Origin: Octopus vulgaris
Lineage: Eukaryota
Reading direction: 5' to 3'
DNA length: 64,000 nt
Assembly (NCBI GenBank): GCA_951406725.2
Contig: OX597825.1
Coordinates: forward strand, 80,104,001-80,168,000
Shown here: piece by piece, positions 14,270 through 27,084 of the stretch
Position numbering within the stretch: position 1 is the first letter of the stretch
Layout: every line of letters starts with the position of its first letter
The notes under the pieces: model-generated
Database searches by the model: none
Seen by the model: only the letters and a program-made list of their open reading frames with translations
Told to the model about the DNA's origin: nothing
Program-made: the position numbers and the translations under genes

Positions 14270-14740
14270 TTATGTATTTGCTCTCCTTGAAGATGAAAGG
14301 AAAGGTTTATCGGAGTTGCGTGAGATCTGCAATGCTCTGTGGGGGTGAGACATGGTGTCTGAGGGAAAGCGAAATGGCAATTTTGAGAAGGACCAAGGGA
14401 GCAATGTGTGGTGTGAAACTACTGGATAATGGAGGACTTGATGGAGATGCCAGGGTTGGAGGAATCGGTGGAACAGCTGGCAAGGGCGAATGGAGTACGG
14501 TGGTATGGACATGTGTTGAGGATGGACGAGGATCATGTCTTGAGACGAGTGCTTGAGTTTAGAGTGAATGACTCACGAAAGTGAGGTCAACTGAAGAAAA
14601 TGTGGAGATTGGAAGGGTTAGCTTCAGGAGGGAGGATGCCCAAAACTGGGTTTGAGGGCAGTTGCTGTAGGAGTGAGGGAGATCCAGCCACCCCTGTTAA
14701 CGGGTACAAACCCGGTTTTAAAATACTGGACATCGATCGA
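14270..14740 (+). mobile_element. RTE-clade LINE 3' fragment
   Basis: LSLKMKGKVYRSCVRSAMLCGGETW...LRRT is the RTE post-RT motif (K..Y...V...MLYG.ETW). Confidence 0.8.
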
Positions 14741-15929
14741 TTTCACTTGTTCAGTTTTTTACTTTTTACTGTTTATCATTTATAATCATCGTTGTTTCAA
14801 ATCTTGCTTTCCCATGCTTGCACGGGTTAGATGATACATTGCGGCAGACTTTTTTCAATGTCCAGCTGCTCTTCTCTGTTGCCAAGTAATGTAATATTCT
14901 TCCCTTGTCTGGATATGTTTTCACTGGAGACTGAAAACACCACTGTTTGTGTGTGGAGCATTGGATCAAATGCCTTGTTCTTTGTGCTTTGAGTTCAGAT
15001 CCTGCCAAGACCGACTTGTTATCCTTGAGAGGAGTGGAGGGGATCGATGAATTATCAGTCCAGGATAGTGAATTGGTCAAGTTGATAGAACAGTGATTAG
15101 GATGTCTTGTGGCATTTGTTCGGACTCTGTTCATTCCGAGTTTAAAATCCTTTATAGACCTCCACACTTACATATATTTTTTCATAGGTGGCTGTTGGTA
15201 CTAACTCCCTCCATTCAGTCACAAATACTCTATTCTAATAAATTTAATTAGGAACTTCTGAGGTCGGTTTTTACCAATGTTGGCCTCAGCAAAGTTTAGA
15301 GAAATATCATTTTATGTCCACTTTCCGTGCTGGCAAGGGCTGAACATTTTGACATGATCCAGTGGGCAGTTTCTCTGTTTTTGCAGGATTTCTATGACTG
15401 GATGCCCTTTTTTCATGGGCCCAAAGCCTCACGGTTGCAAAGTAAGCTCCTTAACCACACATCCATACCTGCAACTCTCTCTCTCTACATTTTATATATC
15501 ATTGGACATGGATGCATGGTGTTCAATTAAATAATGATGTGTGTGTGTGTTTGCGTGCATATATGGGTAGAGGACGTCACCAACTGAGCAAACATGAAAT
15601 ACGTAAACGAGAGAGAGAAAAAATGGAAAACAGGACAAGTAAGCAGAGAAACGACCCTTCATTGGTTGTCAGCTGTCTATCTCCTCATTTCAAGCATTGT
15701 CGTTGAGTGCTCGAAATGAGTAGATAGACAGCCGACAACTGATGAAAAGTCATTTCTCTGTGTTTACTTGACCTGTTTTCCTTTTTTTTTTTTTTTTTTT
15801 TTGTCATTGTGTACATATTTAGCTTGTTTGTTTACGTATTTCATGTTTCAACAGTTGGTGACACATGCACACACACACACACACACACACACGTGTGTGT
15901 TTATATATCTATACATATACACATACATA

Positions 15930-17153
15930 CAGAGGTTGGACAAAATAATGGAAACACCTTAAAATTTTAAACAAATTTCTTTTAATATGGGGTAGGACTG
16001 CCTTTGGCAGTAATTGCAGCTTGGATTCTACAAGGTATGAACTTGTACAAAGTTTGAATTGTTTGCAAAGGAATTTTTGTTTATTCTTCAGATAAAACAG
16101 TCTCCAGATCTTGTAGTGATGATGGTGGAGGATATTGACTCCTTATTTGTTTTTCTAAAATGCACCATAAATGTTCAATAATATTGAGATCTGGAGACTA
16201 TAGTGGCTAGATAAGATGTTCAACTTCACTAGAATGTTCCTCGTGCCATTCAGTAACAACTTTAGCTGTGTGAATTGGTGCAGTATCATCCTGAAAGATT
16301 GCATTTCCCTCTGGAAACAGTTCCACAATCATAGAATGAATCTGATCAGATAAAATGCTTAAATAGTCTTGACTATTATTTCTGCCATGAAGGGGAAACC
16401 ACTGGGCTGGCAGAACTTTCCAAGATATAAACCACCTGCCAGATCATCCCAGATCTTCCATGTTTAACAGTTGGAAGAAGGCAGTGTGGGTCAAATGCTT
16501 CTTTGGGCTGGTGGTCGGAAATAAGGCAAAGGATGATTCGTCCGAGAAAATAACATTCTTCCACTGCTCTAGGGATCAATTCTGTAGGTTTTTACTCCAT
16601 TCTAAATGCTTTGCAACCTTTGTTTTTGAAACTAGTGGTTTTCTGATTGCAGCCCTCCCATGAAATCTGGCTTTGTGCAGCTCCCGGCAAATGGTTTTTG
16701 TGGAAACTGGATTCTCAAGGTGGCCATTAATCTCTGCAGTAATTTTGGGAGCTGTACTCTTGTAATCCTTTCTGACAATTCGCGTAAGAGTCCGACGGTC
16801 TCTATTTGAAAATTTTGGTTTTCTTCTGGAGTTTTGTTTCGACAAGGTTTTTCCCTCTTTCTCAAAGGCTGTCATTACTTTCGAGACAGTACTTCTTTAT
16901 ACACTAAACATTTTGGCTGTTTTCGTTACACTAGTGCCTGCCATACAATTTGACTTCTTTGAAAGTCTGCTAGATCTATCATTTTAATTACTTTTTCTGA
17001 TGATATCTGAAAAGAAACAGCAATTTTAGCAAAACATATTAAGCAACACTAATAATAAATAAAAAAATCATAAAAATAAACAAGCTTTTGATGGTTTTAT
17101 AGATATTTCAAAATTATGATGCTAAGTGTTTCAGTTATTTTGTCCAACCCGTG
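15930..17153 (-). mobile_element. Full-length but inactivated Tc1-like DNA transposon (~1.22 kb)
   Basis: ~28-bp imperfect TIRs (CAGAGGTTGGACAAAATAATGGAAACAC / GTGTTTCAGTTATTTTGTCCAACCCGTG) with flanking TA; minus-strand transposase pieces RKPKFSNRDRRTL..., PTVKHG, FQDDTAPIHTA and SPDLNIIEHLW; frameshifts and stops. Confidence 0.92.
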
Positions 17154-17167
17154 TATATATATGTAGT

Positions 17168-17533
17168 AGGGTATTAAGAGCACCATCCGATCGTGATCGT
17201 TGCCAGGGCGGCCATCTGGCCTCTGTGCCGGTGGCACGTAAAAGACACCATTCGAGTGTGATCATTACCAGCATCACCTTACTGGCACCTGTGCCAGTGG
17301 CATGTGTAAAAGATTCGAGTGAAGTCGTTGCCAGTACCACATGACTGGCACATTAAAGCACCCACTACACTCTTGGAGTGGTTGGCGTTAGGAAGGGCAT
17401 CCAGCTGTAGAAAATCTGCCAGATCAAGATTGAAGCCTGGTGCAGCCATCTTGTTCGCCAGCCCTCAGTCACATCGTCCAACCCATGCTAGCATGGAAAG
17501 CGGACGTTAAACGATGATGATGATGATGATGAT
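17168..17533 (+). mobile_element. RTE-tail element copy inserted next to the Tc1 end
   Basis: Paralog of 8459-8830, with a (GAT)n tail. Confidence 0.8.
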
Positions 17534-18037
17534 ATAAAGTGTGTGTGTTCATTTTCATTGTATGCTCTGTAAAAGTCACAAGTTACAAGCAGTATTGTTA
17601 CTTTTCCTGTCAGTTAATTCAAAGGCATCTGGAGTGAGTGAGTCAGCACCAGGAAGGCTGTTTGGTTGTCAGACAATGCCTCAATAATATAGTCATTCAT
17701 CTAACCCATACTAGCATGGGAAAATGTACATAAAAACGAGAGACCAAATATGCAATGGTCTTCTTGCATTTTCAGTCCTTCACATGGCATTGGTCATATT
17801 GAGACTTTAGCAGAAGGCACCCAAGGTGCTCTGTGGTGGGACTGAACCTGAGACTATGGGAACACCCCAGTCAGTACAATGTAGTATTGTAAAGAACAGA
17901 TGCTCACTTTGTTAGGAAATATTGGAGTGGTATTCCTTGGAACAAGAGCTGTGTAATGTCATAAAATATCTTCATGTGTCCATTTAAAAATGTGATTTAA
18001 AGCTATATTTAATGCCTCTTTTTGTTTTCTTTTTCAG

Positions 18038-18262
18038 TTTCAGTACTTTGATTCTGGGGACTATAACATGGCAAAAGCCAAACAGAACAACCCGTCAGCT
18101 CCTTTACCTGCATTAGAGAAACGCTATTTTCAAGATTCCTTTGGAGAGCCTATTCCCAAACCTCCAAAACCTGAAAACCTCCCTCCAAAAAAACCTCACT
18201 GTCAGACAAGCAAACTGGCCAGTGATACAGCAGCGACAGCTTCTTCTCCTTCTCCTTTATGA
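18038..18262 (+). CDS. ENSA: Endosulfine coding exon 3 (FQYFDSGDYNMAKAK...TSKLASDTAATASSPSPL*)
   Basis: Polypyrimidine tract plus CAG acceptor (18035-18037); contains the Greatwall/MASTL target motif YFDSGDYNM and TSKLA; TGA stop. Confidence 0.96.
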   Translation, partial: FQYFDSGDYNMAKAKQNNPSAPLPALEKRYFQDSFGEPIPKPPKPENLPPKKPHCQTSKLASDTAATASSPSPL

Positions 18263-20170
18263 TCAGACATTTTATAGTTGCTGGCTTGGGCTGCCTCTTT
18301 TCTCCCCCCATTCCCTCCTCTTTTTTTTTTTTTTAACTGTGTGTGTGGGTGTGCGTGTATGTGTGTCTTTTTTTTTTTTTTTTGTTTTGCAGTTGAGCAG
18401 CAGTCATGATACTTAACACCCGTCTTTGCATTATTGACACATGCTCGTTTCGAAACACTAATGCAATTGCAAATTAATCTTGTTCCCTCCTCTCTTATTT
18501 TGTTGTTGTTGTTGTCACAATGCAATAAGTACCACCACAAAAGAAAAAAGGAAAAAAAAAAAAAGCAAGCAGCCATTTCACTGCAACTGCGACAGGTATC
18601 ACCTTTGAGGTAACCCTGTTGTTGTTGGAGATTTTTGCAGACAAGAAATATTCCGTTAAAACCCTCTTTCAGTACAATGGTCATCCAGTGAATGAAGAAG
18701 ATATTAGCAAAAGCGCTGCTACTGTACTCTTTCCTTTTCTTCCCCACCAGTTTTTAAAATAAAATTATTTTTTCTTTTTTTTTTCCTTGCCTTTTCCTAA
18801 CTCCACTGCTTATCGTTAATTAATTATCTCCTATATTTGATAACTTTTTTTTAATCTATCCACTTTTGGTGGTTTTTAATTTTTTTAAAATTACATTTAA
18901 AGTTAAAAATAATTTTTTTTATTTTAGTTTGTAAATTCTTGTCTTTTCTCATCATTGCTTTTCACACCTGTTCCCGATTGAACTGAATTTTGTTTGGAAG
19001 GAACAAGTGGGTTTTTTCTTTTTTTTTATATTTTAGTTTTTAGTGTATTTTTTAGCTTCACTTTATCTACTTGGTTTGTATATGAAAGTTGGTGTTGATT
19101 TCTAGCTACCTTCTCTCCTATAATATATATGTATATATATGTGTTTATGTATGTATGTATATATATATAATATAAGAAATCAATATATTTGGTTATTTGT
19201 TTGAAAGAAGTCTAAAGAGTGGTATTTTTATCTAGGAGAAATATATATAGCTTGAAGGGTAGCCAGGCTAATTATTGGCTCACGGAGATGTTTAATAATA
19301 CTGTTTTTTTTTTCTTCTTCCCTCTCTTTTTTTTCCTGAGTGCTCTAAACTCATCTCCTATCCTTTTACTATAGTGTAGAAAGCTGGAAGACTAATAATT
19401 GTTGCATGATAGATGAGAATACATGGCATATTAATGTTTACAATTGCTAATATTGCAATTATGTTATATCAGTTGTTGGCATCAGTTGAATAAAAAAAGC
19501 AAAAAAAAACCCAAACCAACCTTTATGTATATACATATATATATATATAAATGTAAATGATTTAATGTGTTTCTCACTTTAGCCATTTGATTTTTGGCTG
19601 TCCTGATTAAAGACGTTTTTTAAATTAGCTCAAGTGTTTCATTTTTTTTTCCTTATTTTATTTCTTTGTCTTTCCACATCAAACTTGATATAGGAATGTT
19701 TTGAAAATAGTAAAATTTATCCTCAGTCGTTTGATAAAAAGTGAAGTAAAACAACCTTACTTCAAGCCTTGCTCACTTTCTCCTTTTAACCTTTTTTTTT
19801 TTTTTTCTTTTTAGCCCAAGTTATCAGTACCTTAGTCTTCTAATGTAACAGTATATTGCTATTAAGGGGGCACCTTTTTTTTTTTTTGTTTTATTGTAAA
19901 TAGTTGTTTTGTTTTTCATGCTTGGCAGTGATTTCATTGAACATGTCTGCCAAGACATTAGTTAATTTAACTTTGGAATTACCTGTCTGTGGTCACTAAC
20001 TCCCATGTTTATTGCTTAAACATTCTACAGCGTCCTACAAAAGGACGCAGTTTGTCCAATGAAAAGGACAAACTGTAAATAATATTAAGTGATTTTTTTT
20101 TTTTTCTAAACTGATTTTTGAGAAAGTCATTTACTGTGATGAATAAATGTCTTGAGAATCTTCATCCTAA
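18263..20170 (+). other. Probable long U-rich 3'UTR of ENSA with AATAAA at 20142-20147 (alternative at ~19489)
   Basis: ~1.9 kb TE-free, U-rich stretch after the stop codon, ending at a canonical polyA signal; TE density resumes downstream. Confidence 0.55.
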
Positions 20171-21294
20171 CTGATTTGATTCATTAAACAACTTACCTGC
20201 CTGAGCTTAGTAGTGTTGTCATCCTAAGTTAATAAAAACCCTTCAAACATATTCAGGATTTAAACCATTTTAATTGCAAGGTAACTTGTTCCTAACTTAC
20301 TGAAACTATCCTCTCAGAAGTTGGGTTTATAAATTGTTATAGCAACACTCAATTCACTTTCCTAAAATTGTTAATTCAAATTTTTAAAAATCTTTCAACT
20401 TATAAGAATGTTCTCTTTAAAAGTCCCTAATAATGATAAGACTTACAAAATATGGATGGGGCTCTTTGCATAAATTTACATTTTTTTTTCCTTAGTATAG
20501 CAACCTTGTTGGAGAAAACTTGGATACAGTGCAGATTGAGATCAAATAGTGAAGCTGACTAATTACTAGGGGACTAGCAACAACGCATCTGGAGATATTT
20601 AGACTTTAATTATACAACACTTTACCTTCTATGCTTATTTGTGGCCATGTAAATAAGACAGCAATTGCTTAGTCCCAGGTGAGCTCTTTTAGAGCAGGAC
20701 TTCTATCAAAGCTGATTCAGTTTTTACAAACCTGTTTATATATATTTATCTAATCCCTCAGATTTGACTTATTTCTAGCAGGCCAAGAACATTAGGTAGT
20801 TCCTATTCTGTTCCTTTATGGTGCACTAGTGTACTGCATATGGAATATTAAAACTGTTATATACTTTCCTTTCATTAATATTTAATGTCCATGTTCCACA
20901 TTGGCATGGTTCAAAGGGCTGGCTGCTTTTCCTAAAGCCAACCACTTTACTGTGTACCAGGTTTTTCTCTTGTGTCACAAGCACCAGTGAGGTCTCCATG
21001 CAGCTTATGAAACTCAGGGGAGGGGCCTTATGGTAGATAACACAGTATTTTCTTGTAGGGGAGTTTCATGACTACTCGCATTTAAGGATGAGGGAGAAGA
21101 AATGAATCCAGTTTCAGCAAAGACAGAAATAGTGGTAATGCAGTGTCCAGGTGGCACCTCAGGGTAAGACGAGGTGAGTAGGAGTGGTGGGTGTTGTTTG
21201 AGAAGTTTGCTTCAGTTCTGCAGCACTTCAGGAAAGTGATAGGTCAACCAAAACCTCATGACCAAATTTGGTAGAAGCAAACTGAATGAAGCCC

Positions 21295-22484
21295 ATTATG
21301 TTGGTCTGTTCTCTTTTCATGGTCAAACAGCTGGACCAATGGTGACAAAGCTTTATGGGATTATGAAGGCAGTAAGGTTTTTAGCAAGGAAAATTAATGT
21401 GAAAAAGTATGATTTAGTGGATATTGAGTTTTGTATTAATAAATCACCTTTTGATTATCTTTTATAATTCCAGCGACGGGGCTTAACTCTCGATTAGCCC
21501 CACCCATATAGTTCATGAATTTAGAGGGTTTATATTTGCAATACTATCCCTTTATTTTCCATTGCATATGGGTTGATTTGCTATCTTACTATAATAAGCA
21601 TTATGTCCATCTGTCAGTTCCCCCTTCACAGCCATTAGAAAGCGTGATTATTTCATGGATATTTTTTTTCTTTTTCCCTTGATAAACCACCTTTGCATTT
21701 TCAGTAAAAATTTGCCGACTACAAGTAACTCTGGATTTCCACTGTGTAGCTTGTGGGGGTCCCATCATAGATACAAAGGGGGACACAAGGATGGTTAATA
21801 GCAAAAATAAAATGGAAAAAGTGCATCAGCCTCTAGCAGGATTTGAACCAGCTATTGTGTACATCTCAGCTTTGTCAATCAAAATAACCCCTGGTACCAG
21901 AATATCCAGACATTCACATAGAACAGTGAGAGGTAAGTCTTTGTTCTTTTGCAACCCTAAAGATTCCACTCACAGCAAACAAGGCATAGGGCCAGACTTT
22001 AGAAAGTGTATTTTGACCTATGGCCAGTATACATCACTAAAAATAGAGCAACATACTCCAGTAATTTGAAAATTAATGTCGACCAAACAGAAAATATCGT
22101 CTACAAAGAAGCTTTGTAATCGTATATCGAAAATGCGATTCGTAATTTAAATAAGGAAATTTGTGAACTTTGAAAGCATAAGTGTATAAACAAGTGTAAA
22201 CTAAAAAGTATATCTAAATAACTTTTTACGTAGTGGTTGAAGGATGCTCTGGCTTTCATTCGGAGTGATCCACATAACCATTCATGATGCAGAGGCTGGG
22301 AGCCTATTTCAGTTTGTGAGTAAATCGTTATATAATTGCAATAGAATGCAGTATCACCAACAATATTTCTCTAAGATGTCGCCCAGTAATATTTATTAAA
22401 TCCATTTACACATTTTTCAATACATACTGCTATGACCTGCTTCCCTCAGGCTATGCCTTCGTCACAGATGGGTAGATTTGCTAG
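21295..22484 (+). mobile_element. Possible non-autonomous Helitron remnant
   Basis: Ends ...GGGTAGATTTGCTAG|T (CTAG at 22481-22484); the 5' part resembles invertebrate Helitron leaders. 5' boundary uncertain. Confidence 0.4.
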
Positions 22485-23508
22485 TATATATAATGGAGCT
22501 TCTAAAAATAGTCACTTCTTTCAAAGTACACCTAATAGTCTATTGCTGAGAATAAGATATGAACTGAATGCTTTTCGTCAGGGTTGACTTAGAGCAAAAC
22601 AATTTGGTTTTGTATATGACCTGCCTTTGTAGAAACCTGTAAAACATGAATATAAGACATTAGGAAAACTGAATGTCTGTTCAGATTGTGCACTCAATAC
22701 ACTAACACTGCACTGTTTTAGAATTAGAACACTTCAACTGGGCTGTGAAGTTTACTAGATTTCTGTAGGAAACAAACTGTCTGTTTTAATTACTTTTAAA
22801 AATGAACTTAATTAAGCTGATGTAAAAGGAATGAGCTGGCAGAACTGGAACCTACCTGTTTAACTGCTTCAGCTCTTTAGATTCTGAATTCTAATCCACC
22901 TTTAATCCCTATGGAAGTCAGTACTAATCAAACACTAGGAGTAACTCTTTTCATACCAGACCATCTGAGGCCAGTCTACTTGGTGGTGGTACAAACTTCC
23001 CGTTTTAAAGAGATCTAAATTCAAAGTTCCCCTTTTAGATTTGAGTCATGTAAAAAACAAAAAGAAAAAAGCACCTGGTACTCTGTAAAATGGTTGGCAT
23101 TAAGGGCAGTCTCCAGACTTGCCAGTTCCTGTTGAACCATCCAACCCATTGCAGCATGAAAAGCTCATGTTAAATATTTCAAATATCAGCTTAGAACCAA
23201 GGTCAGAATATTAGGAACAAGCTGGTCATACAAACTAAAGTCTATGGAATGAACTAAAACTAAAATTAATGCAACTGAATTCCCAGCATTAACTTTTTCA
23301 AAATCTCTCCATCCCTAACATTACGAACTTCCTAGATCACTTAGGTTCCATTTAGTTAATCATTTTCAAAAACTCTTGGTAATGAAAATATCGATGTAAG
23401 GAACAGATTTTCCTGATATTTGCTACAAGAGGAATAAATGTTAGCATAAAACAAGACTAACATCAATTTTAGTGTCTACTTTTCTATGCTTCCACAGACC
23501 AGATGGAG

Positions 23509-24793
23509 TTAACCCTTTCGTTACTATATTTCTGACCAAAATACACCCCTTATGTGTTTCAATTAATTTCTAACATAATCATAAATTTAGTCTGGTTTCA
23601 TTAAACAACTATAACTTTTTTATTTATCAATATATTAACGTGAATTTTGGAAGATAATTTAATGAAATGTTCTCAACCAATTCTATACTATAATTTTTGT
23701 CACAAAGTGACTAATTAAAAATAATAATAATAATGAAATTATTGTATACAGTGCTCAGGTGCACCACAACTTGTCAGAAAGTGCATATAAAGTACATGCA
23801 GTAATGTAGAAATGTCTGGAAAGTGAACATGCTTGTGTGTGTATGGAGGGGAGAAAATCAAGTGTAGTGTTGGCGAATCTCAGGAAGCATGGAAGTCTTG
23901 AAGGATGCAGTGCTCTGACAACTAACAACCGATGCCGGCAGTTTGTTCCACGCTTCAGCAACTCTCAGCATGAAAATTGCAGGTAGATACAGGTAAATTC
24001 AACAAAATATAAAATTATTAAAATTTTGTTCAAACATCGCTATAGAAAATGGGTTATTAGCTAATATTCAATTGGGTATACAACAAAATTTTACGATAGA
24101 ATTTGTTATTCTGGGTAACTTTCTGATACCCATAATATTTATGGCAAAATAGTCTTAATTTCATTTAAGGTTGTGGGAAACCACTATCCTTTCTTTCGTT
24201 TTCTTTACATTTAGCGTAACGGTTCATTTCCGCCGTAATGATTTCAAATAGGCTCATTCGAAAAAGTAAAAAGAAATAGTCTAAGGCTTTACTCTTCTGG
24301 GAAAGTCTGTGGCTTGGTCCAGTTTCTTCAGAAAAATCACCGAAAGAAACAGTTTTTAAATTTTCACTCCATTCAGGTGCCAATTCATTTTCTTTATCGC
24401 TGTCGGATTCACTGTTTTCACTTTCGGAAAATGAAACATCAGATTCATTATCAAATACCACATGCTTTTTTTTTTCAGTCATAGAGTTAGATTTATGAAG
24501 GTCTTCAGTAGAAAATCCTTCGAATTCTGACTCGCTGCTTGATATAATGAAATTCGTATCCATTTTTTTGTCAGAATTACAAATTTTGAAAACACAATAG
24601 GAACAAATTTCGGAAAAAAATCTCCCAAAATTCACGGAATTAAAATTACACTTCGATTTTTGTACAAAACTGTAGTTGAACTCTTTACGAAGTATAATAC
24701 GTGTTTTCACGAATGTACTAAAGAGATTTGCTCTGATATTCTCATTTAAATATGAATAGGTAAATTCGGGCGGTTTGGTAACGAAATGGTTAA
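23509..24793 (-). mobile_element. Internally deleted piggyBac element with TTAA duplication
   Basis: TTAA-CCCTTTCGTTAC ... GTAACGAAATGG-TTAA; ORF 24165-24851 gives an acidic N-terminus plus FSEETGP...ALDYFFLLF...IITAEMNRYA (piggyBac/PGBD N-terminal region), with no catalytic DDD part. Confidence 0.88.
23720..23975 (-). mobile_element. CR1/L2-type LINE 3' end nested in the piggyBac element
   Basis: Reverse complement matches 51485-51750 (LRVAEAWNKLPASVVSC...EIRQHYT) with an (ATT)n tail. Confidence 0.75.
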
Positions 24794-25222
24794 AGCAGAT
24801 TTTCTGACCAGAGGCCCTTCCTATCACCAACTTCCACCTGTTTCTGAGCAAGGTAATATTTCCACATCAGATTGGAAACAAATTACATCACGTACTAAGA
24901 TATGGCACAAAAATAAATACACACACATCTCAGTATGTGTACACGAGAAGATTCTTTTAGTTTACACTTACCGATACATACACAAAGCTTTGGCTGGCCC
25001 AGGATTATAGAAGACACTGGCCAAATGAGAAGTGAACCTGAAAGCAAGGTTATCTGCACCCCTGCCTTTAACAATTGTCTCAGGTGCCTATGTAGTAGTT
25101 GTAAGTAGAATATAGAGGTAAAAGCAACAGCAGAAGTCCATTCTTTAACTAAAACCGTTTTTGGTGTAATATGTAAACTTTATCTTCCCCGAACAGTTCC
25201 TCTTCAAAATCAATTTACAATA

Positions 25223-25427
25223 CAGTAATCCCTCACCATATCGCAGTTTATTATTTAAGCTTATGCCAATCCATCTGTGGCGGTGCTGTTTTGCATTTGT
25301 ATTAAAATATATACAAATCATAGAAATAATTAAAAAACATACAGCACTCTTCTACTTCACAGATTTTCACCCATCGTGAGGGAGCGGGGTTCAGAACATG
25401 ATACCCGTGATAGTCAAGGGATTACTT
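25223..25427. mobile_element. Tc1/pogo(Tigger)-like MITE
   Basis: TA-CAGTAATCCCT ... AGGGATTACTT-TA termini. Confidence 0.6.
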
Positions 25428-25657
25428 TATATAAATTGCTCGTATACTACAAAAGGAATCCTAATTTACCAGCAATGTAAAAAGTACTTCAAATAAACAT
25501 TTCCTTCTAATCTGTTAGATATACAAAACTAAAAAAAAAAAATGCAATTAGGTACTTTGTATCAAAACTAATGGTTCTACAAATCCATTGGTCCTAAGAA
25601 TAAAAAAAAAGACAAGCCAAATTTATAGATTTATAAATTTATTTAGTTGTAATTACA

Positions 25658-25738
25658 TTATGTTCTGGGCCCATTTCTGAAGCCACCCATAGATGGAATA
25701 GGTTGTGTTACTTGAAGACCTTCCAAATTACCAAAGTC
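25658..25738 (-). CDS. RPS17: 40S ribosomal protein S17, exon 5 (DFGNLEGLQVTQPIPSMGGFRNGPRT*)
   Basis: TAG acceptor, TAA stop, AATAAA on the minus strand at 25638-25643; matches the eS17 C-terminus DFG.L..LQVTQP. Confidence 0.93.
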   Translation of the reverse strand, partial: DFGNLEGLQVTQPIPSMGGFRNGPRT

Positions 25739-25794
25739 CTAAAAAAATGAAAATAGACAAATTCATGTTAAAACAGCTTTGAATGTAACACTGT

Positions 25795-26610
25795 GGTAAC
25801 TGCTATAGCAAAATTTAGAAAGGTTCTACCCCTACTGGTGACAAAGAGCCTCTTGATCAGAGTGAAAGGTAGACTGTACGATGCATGTGTGCGAACTGCC
25901 ATGCTTCACAGCAGTGAAATATGGGCTGTGACTGCGGAGGACATGTGTAGGCTTGAAATAAATGAAGCTAGCATGATCCGCTGGATGTGTAATGTCAGAG
26001 TGTAAGCGCCCTGAGAGAAATGTTGGACATAATAAGCATCGGATGTGTGCGTGCAAGAGAGATATTTGCACTGGTATGGACATATACTACGGATGGATGA
26101 AGTGCCACTCTCGAACAGTTGAAGGAATCTGGGGTAGAGGTTGACCCAGGAAGACATGGGATGAGGTGGTCAAGCATGACCATCAAACGTTGGTCCTCGC
26201 AGAGGCGATGATGTAAGACTGAGACCTCTGGAGATATGCTGTGACTGCGAAGACCCAACAAATAAAGTGAGTCCATGGCGTATCCTACACCAGCCGCAGC
26301 CCATTCAAAGTACCCTGGATCGTAGGACATGATGTGCCTACCTTGGATCGTAGGGTGACCTGCTGTGCTTGAGGAGACCTACTGAGTCAAGTACATCAAT
26401 ATCAAATGGAAATTGTAGTTGTGATACTCATGCTGGCGGCATGTAACAAACACCCTCTACACTTACGGAGTGGTTGGCGTTAGGAAGGGTATCCAGCTGT
26501 AGAAACACTGCCAGATCAGACTGGAGCCTGGTGCAGCCTCCTGGCTTCTTAGACCTAGGTCGAACCGTCCAACCCATGCTAGCATGGAAAATGGACACTA
26601 AACGATGATA
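25795..26610 (+). mobile_element. RTE LINE 3' fragment in RPS17 intron 4
   Basis: AKFRKVLPLLVTKSLLIRVKGRLYDACVRTAMLHSSEIWAV...IRWMCNV, followed by the family 3' tail. Confidence 0.88.
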
Positions 26611-26754
26611 ATGTACTTGTCAATATATATGCAGAACAGTTTTTAAAAAGGGACCTATGAGGCGTGTAGCATCAGATCAAAACCCTATCACAACTTCACC
26701 TAAAGAGGAGGAGATAAAATAAAATGACTATGAAAAAGTTGTTAGAAAACTCAC

Positions 26755-26823
26755 CAAAGCCTTTAACATTTCCTTTGTATCAGGATCAACTTCAATAATT
26801 CCATTCTGTTCAATAGCTGAGAC
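26755..26823 (-). CDS. RPS17: RPS17 exon 4 (VSAIEQNGIIEVDPDTKEMLKAL)
   Basis: CAG acceptor, GTGAGT donor, phase 0/0; IIEVDPDTKEMLK signature. Confidence 0.96.
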
Positions 26824-26946
26824 CTGATTAATAAAAAAATCAAAACCAAAATATATACAAGGAAGAAACAACACTAATATAAAAAAAAATCTCACGAAGG
26901 GTTAATTAAATTGCAAGGAGAGGAGGGAAGTATCCTTAAAGAATTA

Positions 26947-27084
<138 letters not shown>

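Noticed and set aside
24165-24851. Domesticated PGBD host gene (228-aa ORF)
   Set aside because: ORF crosses the TIR, lacks the catalytic domain and lies in a TTAA-flanked deleted element.
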